DNA of 63,537 nt, filler included, from Reticulomyxa filosa (GCA_000512085.1; 18 parts of 18 records of this genome joined end to end with filler, not necessarily neighbours in it), one strand, 5' to 3'; shown: positions 25,501 to 38,959, counted from the first letter of the whole stretch. The notes: generated by a model from the letters alone, not told the origin. Numbers and translations are program-made.

Positions 25501-27182
25501 AGAATCTTGCCTGCTCTGGCCAAGTTCACGCAGCGGATAATACAGTCGTTAATACTTGTCACACTGTTATTCGTACCTACGTCCACGCCGTACAATCCGT
25601 TTTGAAAGTTACGTGATATGTCTTGCGTTTGTCGGGCGTTGGGATGCGATTTGGCGATATCACACTGTGCGTGCACGTCAAAAAATTGTTGCGTCGCTGT
25701 TACTTTGCTTCTCCCTCTGGCTAGAAGCGAATAGCATCCTTGGACACAGAAACCGATACCCGTCAGACCATTGGTATAGTCGATACCGTAACTCGTCAGT
25801 GTGGTCTTTCCGTCTCGGGTGTAAGTCGCCCATGCGTCTACCGCCACTTGCGAATATGTTATCCAGTCGTCGTAGTCGCTCGACTTTGCTCCGCACGACA
25901 GCACTGCTTCCACTTCTCCTTTCGTGCAGCTGCTCATGCAATACGTGCCCAATGGCGTTGATACTTGTCGCCGACGAGTTTGTAACGTGTTCGTATTATT
26001 CGGTGGATCTGAGTATCATGATTTTTTTTTTAAAAAAAAAGTTAAATACCTACAAATAAACAAGTACATGCATTTTTTTTTAAATGTGAGATAAACACGT
26101 ATATACGTATATACGTGTTTTATGTGGAAAGTACGATGTAGTTCTTTTTTAATTGTAGACGTATACCGAATGTAAGTATGCATGTACTTGTCTTTTTTTA
26201 AAAAAGGATTAATGAACTAAACTTATTTGGTAATTAGTGACCAGGAACATAAGTTGCTGACAAATTGCAGAGGAACTAACTCCCGGGATTGTGGCGATAT
26301 ACGAACCGTTGTTTTTAACGGCAATACCATCGCCAGGAATAGCGGTGATGGAGGGGCGCCCGTGGATGACACCATAGTCATACAACAAGTAGTACATGTA
26401 GACAAAAGGATTTTGCAAGGGAGAGAACAGCGACGAGTAGTCCAATAAGACATGATCACCCGCCAATCTGCTCCACAACAATCCATCTTTGAACTTCACA
26501 CCGTCTATGCCATTCATCGGAGGAAATTCAGACATTTTCTTATAGGTGAACAACGGTCCTGGCAATTTTCCGGGAAGGATCATACCATTGATCTAATTTT
26601 GCGGTTGTGTATTTAGTAGTATTTAGTATTGGAAACAATTTTTTTTTGGGGGGAAAACAGCCCCGCACGTATAAATACGCTGCTAATGGTCACTAGAAAT
26701 TGTATGGACAGAAAAGAAACATTTTTTTCTTGTTTCTGCTTTGGGAGTTTGTCTAAACTGAAACACCAAATGGCACACTTCCAAATGTCTTGGCCGGTGG
26801 CGAGATGCAACTAAAGGTGCCACTGTACAAATAAGTTGCCTGTACAGAAATTGTTCCGAATTCGCAGGTCACGTTCAAATAAGGAAGCCTAATTTTTTGG
26901 TTTTGTTTTAATTTTCCTCTTCTCATTGGTTCAAATGATATTTGTTACACAAACAAAATTGTCGCTGTTGAGAAAAAAAAAAAATTGTGTACCAATATTG
27001 TGCATTTTGTCTGCTGATATGGAAACACTGACTGTTGATAAGGATTAATCTGCCCCCATTCAATAAACTCTCTAAAGGCGTTTGGGAGTCCCATCCATTT
27101 CCGAGCTTGGATGCACAGTAACCAACTTTTATTCCGTCCCGTACCCAATTTGTTTTTATACGTCATTATTGATCCCCCCCCC
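22509..27182 (-). CDS. Large type-I membrane surface protein: IPT/TIG-like, PT-rich, beta-sandwich, VWD, EGF, PS/T-R mucin-like stalk, TM, short tail (5' truncated)
   Basis: IPT-like exons (GGRLILINSQCF; VTCEFGTISVQATY..GTFSCISPP..GSVPF), VWD start AQGDPHITRFD..YSFQGQGAFLL, EGF CYPPCANNGTCIADNQCSCVGEFTGSRC, about 240-aa PSRT/PSRS stalk, TM AIGGITAGGVVVIGVIGIIIFVLVF followed by KK. Confidence 0.8.
22925..23640 (-). repeat. Coding tetrapeptide repeat (PSRT/PSRS/PSQF/PTNA), 12-nt unit with higher-order duplications
   Basis: Direct translation of the 22920-23507 ORF. Near-identical ~60-nt blocks are visible around 23070-23215. Confidence 0.9.
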
Positions 27183-27282
27183 NNNNNNNNNNNNNNNNNN
27201 NNNNNNNNNNNNNNNNNNNNNNNNNNTTAATTAATTAANNNNNNNNNNNNNNNNNNNNNNNNNNNNNNNNNNNNNNNNNNNN

Positions 27283-28177
27283 GTTCCAACGATGATCTGA
27301 AAATTCAATAAAGTACATACCAACAATGCTTTTGTTGCTTCAGAAAACAATTTTATTTGTTTCACAAAAGCTTAACTGTTTTGGATCCCTTTTTCCATCC
27401 GGAAGGGCACACTTCGCCTGTAAAATTTGATAATACAAACACATTTTTTTTTTTACTCTTCCCTCCCCCCTTTTTTATGCAATGAACATACCGTGTTTGT
27501 CCACAAATTGAAAAGCTTGCACCAATCGCAACACTTCGTCAACACTTCTACCAACAGGTCGATCGTTCAGTGAAATATGTCGAACTTTGCCATTGGAATC
27601 GATGATATATGTTGCTCGAACAGTGAAGCCGTCATCTAACAAACATCCATAATCTTTGGAAATTTGCTTGTTAATGTCCGCAAGCAATGGAATTTTCATG
27701 TCGCCCAAACCTCCTTTTTCTCGAGGAGTTTCAATCCATGCCAAATGAGTGAAGTGCGAGTCAATGCTTGCACCAACTACTTCACAGTTGATGTCTTTAA
27801 ACTCTTTCGCACGGTCATTAAATTCAATTATTTCGGTTGGGCACACGTAGGTAAAGTCCAACGGGTAGAAAAATAAGACCTTTGGAGTTGTTTTGATTTT
27901 TTTCATAACAACCAAACATACAAAAGTTTTTTCTACCAGTGAGACTAGTCAATATATCACGCGAAAACGCAATTCTTTCCACTCCCTTTGGAAGACATAC
28001 CAAGTATTTTCCTTTATAATTTTCAAGCTTGACAGTTTCAAATTTCTTGTTTACAACTGCCACCGCGCTAAAAGGTGGAGCATGTTGCTGAATTTGAAGC
28101 CAACGTCGTTGCATAACACATCTGTTTGCAGATGTTGGGCATTGACGCAATAAGCGAGAAAAGAACATAGAAGACAT
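27283..28177 (-). CDS. PRDX: Typical 2-Cys peroxiredoxin with N-terminal mitochondrial-type presequence
   Basis: [15 protein letters not shown] (peroxidatic Cys), [35 protein letters not shown] (resolving Cys). N-terminus [12 protein letters not shown]. Last exon cut by the contig end. Confidence 0.96.
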
Positions 28178-29240
28178 TTTTTTTTCTTCTTGTGATCAAA
28201 CAAATGCCAAAGAGTCGAACTAGTTTAGTTTTTTTAAAAGAATTTTGACCAAAAAGAAAAAAAACGGCCGGTAAAGACAGCTGAAAACGATTAAACGTTT
28301 CAACTTGCATCAATTCCTTAATTAATCCCACTTAAATAAAAGTATCAAACAAATGGGATTCATATTTGATTTAATTAGTTTTGCTAGTGCCAACACTTAT
28401 TATTGAAAGTACATATTTGCTTTGCTGCTTGTTTCAAGCAAACAACGAAACAACAACACAAAACAAGAATAAAAGATGTTTCTTTCTTCAATGCTTAGCC
28501 TCTTTCTTACAAATCAAAACATCAACATGAATTCATACAGTGGATCGTCGAGAGAAACTCAAAGGCAACATCAAAACAGACACAAGCACACACTTTTACA
28601 AGAAGATAGAACAAACAAAAAAGAGAAAGTTCTTAATAAAGGAAAGAAATCGAATCGCACAAGGTGTGTATCTGTATCCTCAAAGCTGTGTTCTCTCAAG
28701 TATCACACAATTTATCCAACTTGAACAAATAAATCACACAAAACAACAAAGTGATCCCTCAATACAAATCCCAAAAAAAGCTTAATGGAGATTTCTTGGC
28801 CGTCAAGAAATACAATTTGTATTATACCCACGAGAGTTTCTTTTATTCCCTCCTTGTAACCAACAACAAAAAAAAAGACCAAACAAAAAACAAAACAAAA
28901 CAAAACAAGGTAAAGTCGTGTGGTGTCTTAAAACATTGAACATTAGAACATTGACACATTTCTTTTCCAATGAAAAAACAAACTAATAAAACAGAATAAA
29001 ATAGAAGAAAACAAGACAAATCAAAATAAGCAAACAACAGAACATTGGTATTAAAAAAAAATGGTCTGATGCAACATGAACTTTTGTTAAACGCTCCCCT
29101 TTTACTACTTATCACCACACAAAAAATTGGAAATGGCGGCTACAAGATCAACAGCAAAATGTAGAACAGGCTACAATGATATGACTTTCTTCATTTTTTT
29201 TTTCCTCTCCCTTCCCCCTCTCCTTTCTTTTTGCCCTCTT

Positions 29241-31477
29241 TTAGCTTTTGGTGATATGATTGTCTTCAATTGGATGTTTGTTATCTTCCTCAACGACAGT
29301 GGACTTGACAGGCTGATTGCGGTCATAGCTACCATTGGCCGAGTTCATGGTATCCATTTGATCGGGCGTATCATTCGAAGCCACGTTTTTGCATCTATCA
29401 GATGCGGATTCAATTAACTTTACCCATTTCGCTCTTACATTTTCTCTCTGTTATTTGAAATTATTTGTAATTCTTATGTTATATTGATGCTTCCGAATTT
29501 TTAAGGCAATACATATACACATATAAATATATAAATATATTTATATGAATATATGTGTATAAATGTGTTCAAACAAATAAAAAAAGAAATTAACCAAATC
29601 TTCCAAGTGAGGTTTTGTTGCTTGATTGAATTCAAAAAGCAACTGTGGATCCAAGACAGCAGTTTGGAGAGCCGTTTGAAGACAGTAGTTGGCATACTTA
29701 TCGCTAATCAAATCACTGACTTTGGTCAAAAGTTCCTGAATGATAATGCGACACCAATCTTTGTTCGCCACTCCATTTTTCATTTCCGCTCCGGAGTGGA
29801 TCAAACACTTTTCAACGACGTTGGACGAAAATTTCTGTTTGCTATATCTCACAAATTTGCCATGCATTTTTTCTTTGATAATGTCGGTTATCTCTCGTGG
29901 TGCCACGTCCAACAAATACTGGATGATGTAATTTCCATATTGGTTTTCTACCAATGTATTGGTATGTTTGACAATGCTGGTAAAAAGGGCCAGTAATTCT
30001 TGAGGAGGTAATTGGACTTGACTCTATTCGTTTCACGACATACGAAAATGATATACAAAACATATATATTATATTGACATGTATGTAACAAACTTGTTCC
30101 ACGGCCTCTTTGAGAACTCTCAATCCGTAGTGGTCAGTGGCCAATTCAAAGGTATGTTGCGCAATTGCTTTCAAAATAAATTTGGTGTCGGGGTATTTAT
30201 ACTTGGAAATGAATCTCAAAATTACGTAATGTCCGGAGTGGTTTAAGATTATCTTTTTGACATCTTTTTGCAGTCCTTGGATCAAATATTGCTTTTGTTC
30301 GGATGTAGTCAAAGTGTCCATCATTGCTTGAATGCTGAATGAACCTTGTTTGTGGCACGCGACCAAACCCATTTCGTCACGTAAATTGCCAACCAACACA
30401 GTTTTTTGTTGGTCATTACAATGGTTGAATAGTTCTTCAATCGCGTAATGACCAAAATTGTCCATCATCAAATCCGCCACTCGTTCTTTCAGTTCATCAA
30501 AGAACATTTGAAAGTATTTGGGCTCTGACAACTTTTCTTGTACAAATCGGCTTCCACTATTCGGTTTATTGTTTTTTTTTTTAATGTTATTTTTTTTATT
30601 TTTTATTTTTTATTTTATAGTTGTAATTACTCATTGCAAAAATAAACTTATTACAAAGAAAATTTATAAGTCATATACATATATGCATATATGTATACCT
30701 TTGAGTTTTGGCAAATACGCAAACTCGACCAACAACATGATCAACCATGCTGGGCGTTCGAGGAGAAACCACAGAAGGGGAGTCTCTTGCACCAAAATCA
30801 TTGTTGGAATGCTTGTTTGGAAATAGGAACTGTGTTCTTCCTTGCTGGTTGTTGCGAGCACCGGGACTGATCATTGTTAGCAGTTGATTGGGTGTCGCAC
30901 TTTCAGCGTTTGCGAGATTGGATGAGTTGTCACTTCGATTGGGCGTTTTGTCTGTCGTGTTAGCATTATTTTTGTATCTGTTATTGCTATTGATGTTACT
31001 GTTGTTTCCATCGGCAGCCGATGGCTTTTCCATATCTCCAGAGCTTGCATTGGAAGACGCGTTGCGATGCGCAGTTGTGGAACGAGTCTCTCGGCCATCG
31101 TTTCTTGTATCTTCCATTGCAGTTTTATCCTTTCGTTTCGTTGCATTGTTGATTTTACCATTTTCGTTGTTATTATTATTGTTATTGTTGTTAGCAGCAG
31201 CGATATTGCCACTGTTGTTATTGTTTTGGTGAGTTCCTCGCTCAACCAATCGAAAAAGACGTTCAATTTTGTTGCCTGTTTTGTTCTCTTTGCGACCGCT
31301 GTCATTCTCATCATTGTTGACATCGCGCTTGTTGTTATTATTGTTATTGTTATTATTATTATTATTATTATTATCCTTGTAAATCTCACGACTTTGTGCT
31401 ACTCCATGCGCACCACGAGAGGGCGGGGGTGGAGCGGGATGTGATGGTGGTTCCAGTGATTTGTTTAGATATGCCAC
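29241..31477 (-). CDS. Pumilio/PUF RNA-binding protein with Asn-rich N-terminus
   Basis: PUF repeats: LMMDNFGHYAIEE, CHKQGSFSIQ, LNHSGHYVIL, TDHYGLRVLK, ENQYGNYIIQ, KQKFSSNVVEK, SDKYANYCLQ. The start may lie in an upstream exon. Confidence 0.93.
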
Positions 31478-32469
31478 ATATTCTGATGCTAGGTCCTACA
31501 TTATATATAGAATATATGTATATTTTTTTCTCTCGCTCATCGTCTCATATAGATTTTGTTGGCTTGTTTGTCGAATGAACAGAGAGAGAGAGAGANNNNN
31601 NNNNNNNNNNNNNNNNNNNNNNNNNNNNNNNNNNNNNNNTTAATTAATTAANNNNNNNNNNNNNNNNNNNNNNNNNNNNNNNNNNNNNNNNNNNNGCCAA
31701 TGGGCGCCGCCTGAATTAAACTTTTTCTTTTTCGCTTTTCCCTTCTTTTTCTTTTTTTTATTTTTTAATATTGATGCTGTAGTTTTTAGAAGCAATATAA
31801 TTTGAAATTTAGTTTGCTTCTGCGATTTTTTTGTGAAAGTAATATTTTCTTCAGAATTAATTCATCTCATTGTTGTGTTTAAAGAAGAAGTGTCTAGATT
31901 TAATTTTGTCATTACACTTTTTTATTTTATCAATTTTTTTTTTTGTGTTTTAAGTATTACTTGTTGTTGAAATGGAGTTATACAATTTTGATTTAATTTT
32001 ATTATCATTATTTGTAATTTGTGCTTTAATTTACATTTGTTCAACTGTCATTTTTTATTTGAAGTTGTCAAAGAGGATCTGCTTTAAAATCTCCTTTTTC
32101 TTCGTTATTGACATTGCCATAATAAGCTCTTAATTTTGTCAAAGATTTCTCTGCTTCCGCTACTAACTCCAGTATTATATTGATATTGAAATATTCCTTC
32201 ACCTTTGGCTATTGGCATTTGCTGTGCTGTTCTTTTGAGCATATTCATTATCGCTCGCATACTTCTTCTGTCGTTATTGTTTGTACTTCTTCTCTTTGAC
32301 ACAATTTTTGATTTGCTGTCATCACCACCGCCCTACATTACACTTTTTCCTGTTCCTTTTCTTTGGGTATGTTATACGTACATAGTTTTATCACTGTCTC
32401 TTATCAACTTAAATCTTTCTTGTTTTGTTTCTTTCTCCCGCATTTGTGTGCATATGTCTTCGATCACTC

Positions 32470-33860
32470 CAGGCTAACTCTCCGTCTTTTTCTTCGTTTT
32501 TCGATTCATTTGTGCCAGCTACTCGCAATTTCAAATTACACACTGCTGTCCTCCGTGTAATGGGTTTAACAAAGAAAGAAAAAATTATCGTACAAAATTC
32601 AGATTTGACCAACTCTCTTTTGCAAAGACTGGAGCATATTTGCTCTCAAAACAATGAGCAGTCAAAGGAAATAGCGACTGAACAAATCGACCAATTAAGA
32701 AAATGGAAAGAATGTTTTGGAAAGATATTGGACAATATTCCAAATGGTGGATTGATTTAGTCTATGACAATATTTTGCAATTTTTGCACAAAAGATTTGA
32801 GAGACAAATACCCGAATGTAAACGAAGTATTCCATTCACAGACAATGGTTTATTGCATTTCAATTACTTTTGAAATTGATTCGTTTGACGGAAGAAGAAA
32901 CGATTTAGACAAAGTCACTCACAAATACTACTTAGAAACGTATTTGAAATTGAGGATTCTTGTAAATTTCCATCCTAAAAACAATTTAGAGAGGCAACCA
33001 TTTCTGTTCTCATCCCAGTCATGAACAAATCAAAGATGAACGTGGTAATGTTAAGAAATCTTATTGTACGGAAAGACTATGTCATGATTTTGTGAAAAAG
33101 AGAATAAATGACTTCACCAATACTAATATTATAGACTGCCATGTCTTCTCATGCTCTCATCCTTCTGGCATTTGTCACATGTTATATGATTTTTTTTAAA
33201 AGAATACACAAAAAAAATACATTCTGTTTACAAATATTTATCAAAAAAAGAATTTTTGCCATCGATTTCAGCGAGAGTATGAAAAATTCTATGTTAGACC
33301 CAAAAGAACAGAAACACATATTTACAAATATACTCTTAATGCGCATGGTCTTGACAATAGATTAGTTGCTGTGTATGATGCCAATTGAATATTTAAACAA
33401 AATAAAACAACTTTTTGCTTAAATTGTTTGTGGGGAAAAAAATGTGTAAGTAATACAATAAAATAGTTCACTCGTTTATTCAACAACGATGGCGAACAGT
33501 ATGTACGTACAAAGGGACAATCATATTTTATGATAATACAGCCAAATTATTAAAGAGACATAGCATTTAATCCAGATACACTTCGTACCATCCTTTATTC
33601 TGCTTGTGTACCATGGGGAGATAATCGTTTGTTACTGCCATTCGTTGCATCTACGATGTTGTGAAATGAAATGCATCAAAGCATATTGTCCTTATTTTTT
33701 TGACTGATGGTGAAGATGAAGATAATGGAGCTTCTGAACTCTTGGCAGAAATCAAGGCATTTTGTTCCAATTGGTTTCATTTCTTCCCTTGTATTTTCTG
33801 CACAAGTCAGAACCCTACTTTAAATAAGATGGCAAGCATCTTTCCTGTTTTTGAAGTAAG
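32470..33860 (+). pseudogene. Degenerate gene with C-terminal von Willebrand A domain
   Basis: IFAIDFSESM (MIDAS DxSxS) near 33250 and IVLIFLTDGED near 33690-33720. Stops and frameshifts lie in and between the exons. Confidence 0.6.
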
Positions 33861-34225
33861 TTTTTTTTTCTAGTATTTAAACAAAAATTGTTACTTCATT
33901 ACAAAGTTCCTTTTAAAACGAAAACAAAGATTGTTCATTGAATATGTTAGCAAAAATAGAATGAATTAGTTCGCAAGTTAAAACTTATTCTTTGAAATTT
34001 CAAAATGATTGTTATTCGCAAAATCTCTAAAATGAATAATCTTGCATACAATACGTGAGTATTAACTGACCTGTGTTCCAAAAAAAGTTGGGTCAACAAG
34101 TTTTGTTGTAAAGTAGCAACGGGGAAGGCCAAGTGTTGTTTTGATGTTGAACATAGAACTTTTGTTTACTGTTTAAGTTCTTGTGTCATTTTCAGTTGTT
34201 CTTTGGTAAATTTAAAAAAAAGATA

Positions 34226-35360
34226 GAAGTGCTAACAATTGAAGTCGGCCAAGCCGGCATACAATTAAGCAACTCCATCTGTGAATAATACTGTGCAAAG
34301 CACTGAATTAATAACGGCTGCAAAAGAGAATATATTCCAATAAAAGATGACGCTTTTAAAGTCTTCTTTGAAGAAACATGTATTTGCCAATTTGTTCTTC
34401 GTAACCTTGCAGTTAAGTACTCAATTCGAGATTCGTTTTTCGTATACTTATATTAAACGAGATAAAATAGTTTGATTTGGAACCAAATGTTATTTATGAT
34501 TTGAAAAACTGCACTTTTGCGACAATATACCATCCTTAGTTTTTAGTTCATGTGAAAGGACACAGCAAACAATTTGCCCGTTGTCACTATACAACGGAAA
34601 GCAAATAATTGATAAAGTAAATGACCGATTGATAAAACTTGTTTATGACTGACAATTTAATTGGCTTTGTGACTAGACACAGTGTATGCGGAGGCACTGT
34701 CCCAGGGTTAGACGCCTTAATTTTGGAACGTTTGGCAGTTTACTATAAAAATACAGCAGAATTACCTTTGAAATTTACCCATCAAACTTGTCCACTTGCG
34801 TAGTAAAACCTTATAATGAGTTGTTGGCAACTCACTTGTTATTAGACCAAACTGAAGTTTCTTTGTTGTTGGATAACGAAACCATTACTGGATTTACCAA
34901 AAACAATTGCAAATTACCAAACCGATTTAAACAATTCAACAATTAATTTCGAAAGTTCTCTCTTCCATACAGCGTCTTTACGATTTAGCTTTAGATTGAA
35001 CGTAGACTTAAACGAGTTTCAAATGAATTTAATCCCTTTCACCATTTACACTTTATGACTACCTGAATGAGCCCAATTATTCCAAAAGTGGATGTTTCAA
35101 CTTCACCAAAAATTCCAAAAAATTACCGATGATTGTTTAAGCCAGCGAACTAGTTTGTGAAATACACTTAGTTTGATCCCCAAGAACGCTATCATGATTG
35201 CGAATAACACATGCATTTCTCGAGTGTTCAGCAAATGCATTGCCCAAAAGTACGATTTGATGTACTCGCAAAGTGTATTTGTCCACTTATACTTGGAGAA
35301 GGTGTTGAAGGAGAATTTGCTGAAGCCCGTGAAGATTTTGTCTTCTTGAAAAAAAATTAA
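34226..35360 (+). pseudogene. TUBA: Alpha-tubulin pseudogene (divergent type)
   Basis: EVLTIEVGQAGIQL, VFFEET, DLEPNV, FARCHYT, VCGGT, STCVVKPYN, LLDNE, LNVDLNEFQMNL, KYDLMYSQ..FVH, GEFAEARED, with many stops, indels, a retained intron (~34412-34470) and an internal deletion. Missed by the ORF track. Confidence 0.9.
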
Positions 35361-36081
35361 TGTTTTGATTAAACAACCAACTGACTATGTTGGATGATGA
35401 CGCATATGACAATTGAATTCAATAATTTGTAAAAAAGGTTCATTTTTTTTAAAGCCACGTGGCCGAAAAGTTGTCACCTGGATTTCTTTTTAAATTAAAT
35501 TAAAATTTTTTTGGACTGAATGAATAATTTTTTTCGCAAACTTTCGTTTTCTGGGATGCTTCTTTTGAAAAAAAGGTAATGAAAACTTGTAAAGAATCCT
35601 CCGAATGTTCCGAATGTTCGTTCACTTTACTTTATTATATTTTTGAAGCAAACGAAATGTTTAACATTGATGATATTTACAATGTGTTCTCAAATGTCAA
35701 ATCAAAAATGTGCTTGTTTTTTTGGAAGATTGTAACTTTACATTTTTTCAAAAACGTCACGAGTAAATTTTTCACATTTAAGTAAGTTTGCTAGATAGAA
35801 AGTCTTCATTGTTTAATTCTCAACAGCCAGTTCACTTTTCAATACTGAAATATAAATGCTCAGGAATGTTCCTTTTAATGAAATCACAGAAGATTAATGA
35901 TTATTTTGTAGGTAACACTTTTTCGAAGGGTTGGTTGAAAGCGAACAAAAAATGTTTATTATCACCCGTTCCGAGCTTTTTTTTTGCCACGCCTCAAACA
36001 AAAAATTACAGACATCACTTAAAATACGCTTGAATCAACATTTACAAAAATCCACACACCAACACATAGGAAAGTGATATC

Positions 36082-36825
36082 TTAAACTAAAGTCACTTTC
36101 CTATGTTCTTGGCTGACGGCAACATTCTCCTCTTTCAATGTCGATGGTAAATCAGGGTAAGAGCTAAGTGTTTCTTTCTTCTCATCCTTTTCTGGATTTG
36201 TTTCTGTTTTGCTTGGTAGCGGTTTATTTGAAGGAGGACCTGCCACAATTCCACTCGCCCTCTTTCTTTGCCGTAAAATTTCAACTTTTTTCTGATTGGC
36301 TGAAACTGAAAATAGCATCGATGGATTTTTGGCCATTGACGCACTAATTTCTTTCCACAATCCAGGGTCACTGTGTTTTTCGTAGTGACTTTTTTCTTTC
36401 TCTTCATCAACAGGAGTATCAAATAAAAATTCCAGTGCAAAGCGATCATCAAACTTGCGATTTTTTTTGTCTTTGACTGTATTGTTTGTAATGTATTTTA
36501 TTGATTCATGGGTTTTTGGAATTAAGTCAGTAAAATATTGAGAAAAAAAAAAAAAGCAAACCAGCGCCATCAATTTCTTCTTTGGTTAATCGAATGTACT
36601 TTTCAGTGGCACAAACAGAAGCGTGTAACCAGCACCAACACATGATATCATCGGATGAAACCACATCTTTGTCATAGAAAACAATTTTGAAGGATCCACT
36701 TAACAAAATTTCCAAATCATAAAATTTAATGTCCTCTTGATTGGCGGAAGTGGATTTGATTGCATTGTCACGACTGTAGTCATACAAAACATTGCCTTTC
36801 GTGTCCACTATCAAGAAGTAGGGAT
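36082..36825 (-). CDS. PTEN/tensin-type C2 domain and tail (3' part of a PTEN-like gene)
   Basis: DPYFLI...LLSGSFKIVFYDKD...MCWCWLHAS...IRLTKEEIDGA/VKDKKNRKFDDRFALEFLF matches the PTEN-C2 pattern. The phosphatase domain would lie beyond the contig end. Confidence 0.8.
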
Positions 36826-36980
36826 CTGTGCGTACAGAAATAACATTTTTGCAAGTGTGATTATTTTTTTTTTTTTTTTTNNNNNNNNNNNNNNNNNNNN
36901 NNNNNNNNNNNNNNNNNNNNNNNNTTAATTAATTAANNNNNNNNNNNNNNNNNNNNNNNNNNNNNNNNNNNNNNNNNNNN

Positions 36981-38959
36981 TCTTCTTCTTCTTCTTCTTC
37001 TTCTTCTTCTTCTTCTTCTGCTCTTGTACCCAGTCGTAACTCCTCCTACTTGAAACCCACACAAATATCTTCACTTCCTCCTCGCAATGACAACTCTCTT
37101 TTCCCTCCCGGCTCCATTTCTCTGTCTTCCAAGCACGAGCCCATCGATCGCGCCTTCGACGGACGTCGCCTGCACTCGGTGTCCACGTCTGTACCCAAAG
37201 GCGCCTCGCGCACTGGGACATGGAGCCACTTCGCGCGTTTCAGCGACGTCAAACAAGGCTCGGTCTCGAGGCAAGAAATTCCGATCAAAGAAGAGCAAGC
37301 CAAGGCCTTTCACTTGGCTGAATTGGAGTGGTCCAAGCAAATCCGTGTTCATTCCGTCTATTCTGGCGCAGGTAATATGTATATATAAATATATATGTAT
37401 ACATATATGTACATATACATATATATATATATTTTTTTTTTTTGTGTGACAAGGATGGAGCATGTATGTGACCGTTGACAATGAATTATACGTATGTGGG
37501 TGCAATAAGAACAATGAATTAGGAATCAACAATTGGAATAAAAAATATGTGTTTTTGGCAAAGCCAATGAAACAGCCACATTTGGCAAAAATGAATATTA
37601 AAACGCAAATGGTGTCTCAGGGATTGGCTGCAACTCACGCATTGATTGTCACTGGTTTGTTCATATATTTGTATCATATATCTTTTTTGTTGTTGTTGTT
37701 ATTGTTGTTGTTGCCATGTTTTGAAGACAGACAGCGGCGCAGCATTTGCATCTGGGGACAACAGCAAAGGTCAAGCGGGGCTGGGACATCGAAAGCCGTT
37801 GCAAAAGTTCAAAAGAGTAAAATACTTTGACGCCAAAACCAAAATTACATATGTCAGTGCCGGTTATGGGTTCAGCGCTTTTGTTGATGGTAAAAAAAAA
37901 AAAAAAAGTTGTCCATGCATCAAACAAAGTACTTTTCCCTTCTCCTCATTGTCCCCTTTGGTTGACTGGCTCGTGTGAATTATTTTTTTGTATGTACAGA
38001 AAATGGCTATTTGTGGACATGCGGCGATAACAGGCATGGTGCTTTGGGCCATGGTGACACTGTGCTATCTTCCAACATCCCTAAAGCTGTCTTGCCCCTC
38101 AAATCTGTTGTTGTGGTGCAGGTGGCATGTGGATATGCTCACACCATTGTCTTGGACGGTATTGAACATATATATATATATATATATTTGTAAATGGTCT
38201 TTAAATTGGCTGTTTCAAATCAACAAAACAAAATCCAACAAAAACAATAGCGGACCAAAATGTATGGACGTTTGGACAGAATGATTATGGACAGTGTGGC
38301 TATGGCAATGTTTGTGTTCACGGGCACATTATTTCTTTTTTTTTTTAGTGTATATTTGCCTAATTATGCATGTTCGACGGTATAAAATACACATATACAT
38401 CGACGAACAAACACACTAGAAAGTCAATAGTACATTAGATATACCAAAGCAGATTCCATTCTTCCATGACAATAACATCAAAGTGCAACAGATCTCTGCT
38501 GGTCTTTACCACAATGCGGTGTTAAGTTCCAATGGAGAGATCTACACTTGGGGATGTGGCAAATTTGGACAAATTGGAAATGGCTTCACAGCCGATGCTT
38601 TGGAGCCAGTACATATTAATGCCCAATTTGGAGAAGACAAATTTGTCACCGTCAAATGTGGTAGTTTTCACACAGTGGCATTGACATCGTCCGGATGTGT
38701 GTATTGTTGGGGCAAAAATAATCGTCTTCAATGTCTCAAGGCCTTATCTGATATTATTCTCACACCACGATCGATCATTCACGATATTGATATTGCCCTT
38801 CATCACCATCAAAAAAAATCCAATACTGTTGTAGCCGATATTTTTGCAGGTACATTTTGCATGTCCTTTTATCTCAAAGTATAATACAACATCTTATACG
38901 TTTTTTTTTTTGTAATATGTTCAGGAGAAAATTCGACGATGTTTTTGGTCGAACAATAG
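36981..38959 (+). CDS. RCC1-repeat (HERC/UVR8-like beta-propeller) protein, 5' truncated
   Basis: Repeated RCC1 blades: LYVCGCNKNNELG, ASGDNSKGQAGLG, VSAGYGFS, TCGDNRHGALGHG, VACGYAHT, TFGQNDYGQCG, ISAGLYHN..YTWGCGKFGQIG, VKCGSFHT..YCWGKN. Confidence 0.92.

Noticed and set aside
26093-26120. Perfect 28-bp palindrome AAACACGTATATACGTATATACGTGTTT
   Set aside because: Lies in a TA-rich intron where such palindromes arise readily from TA/CG microsatellite sequence. No independent support for function.
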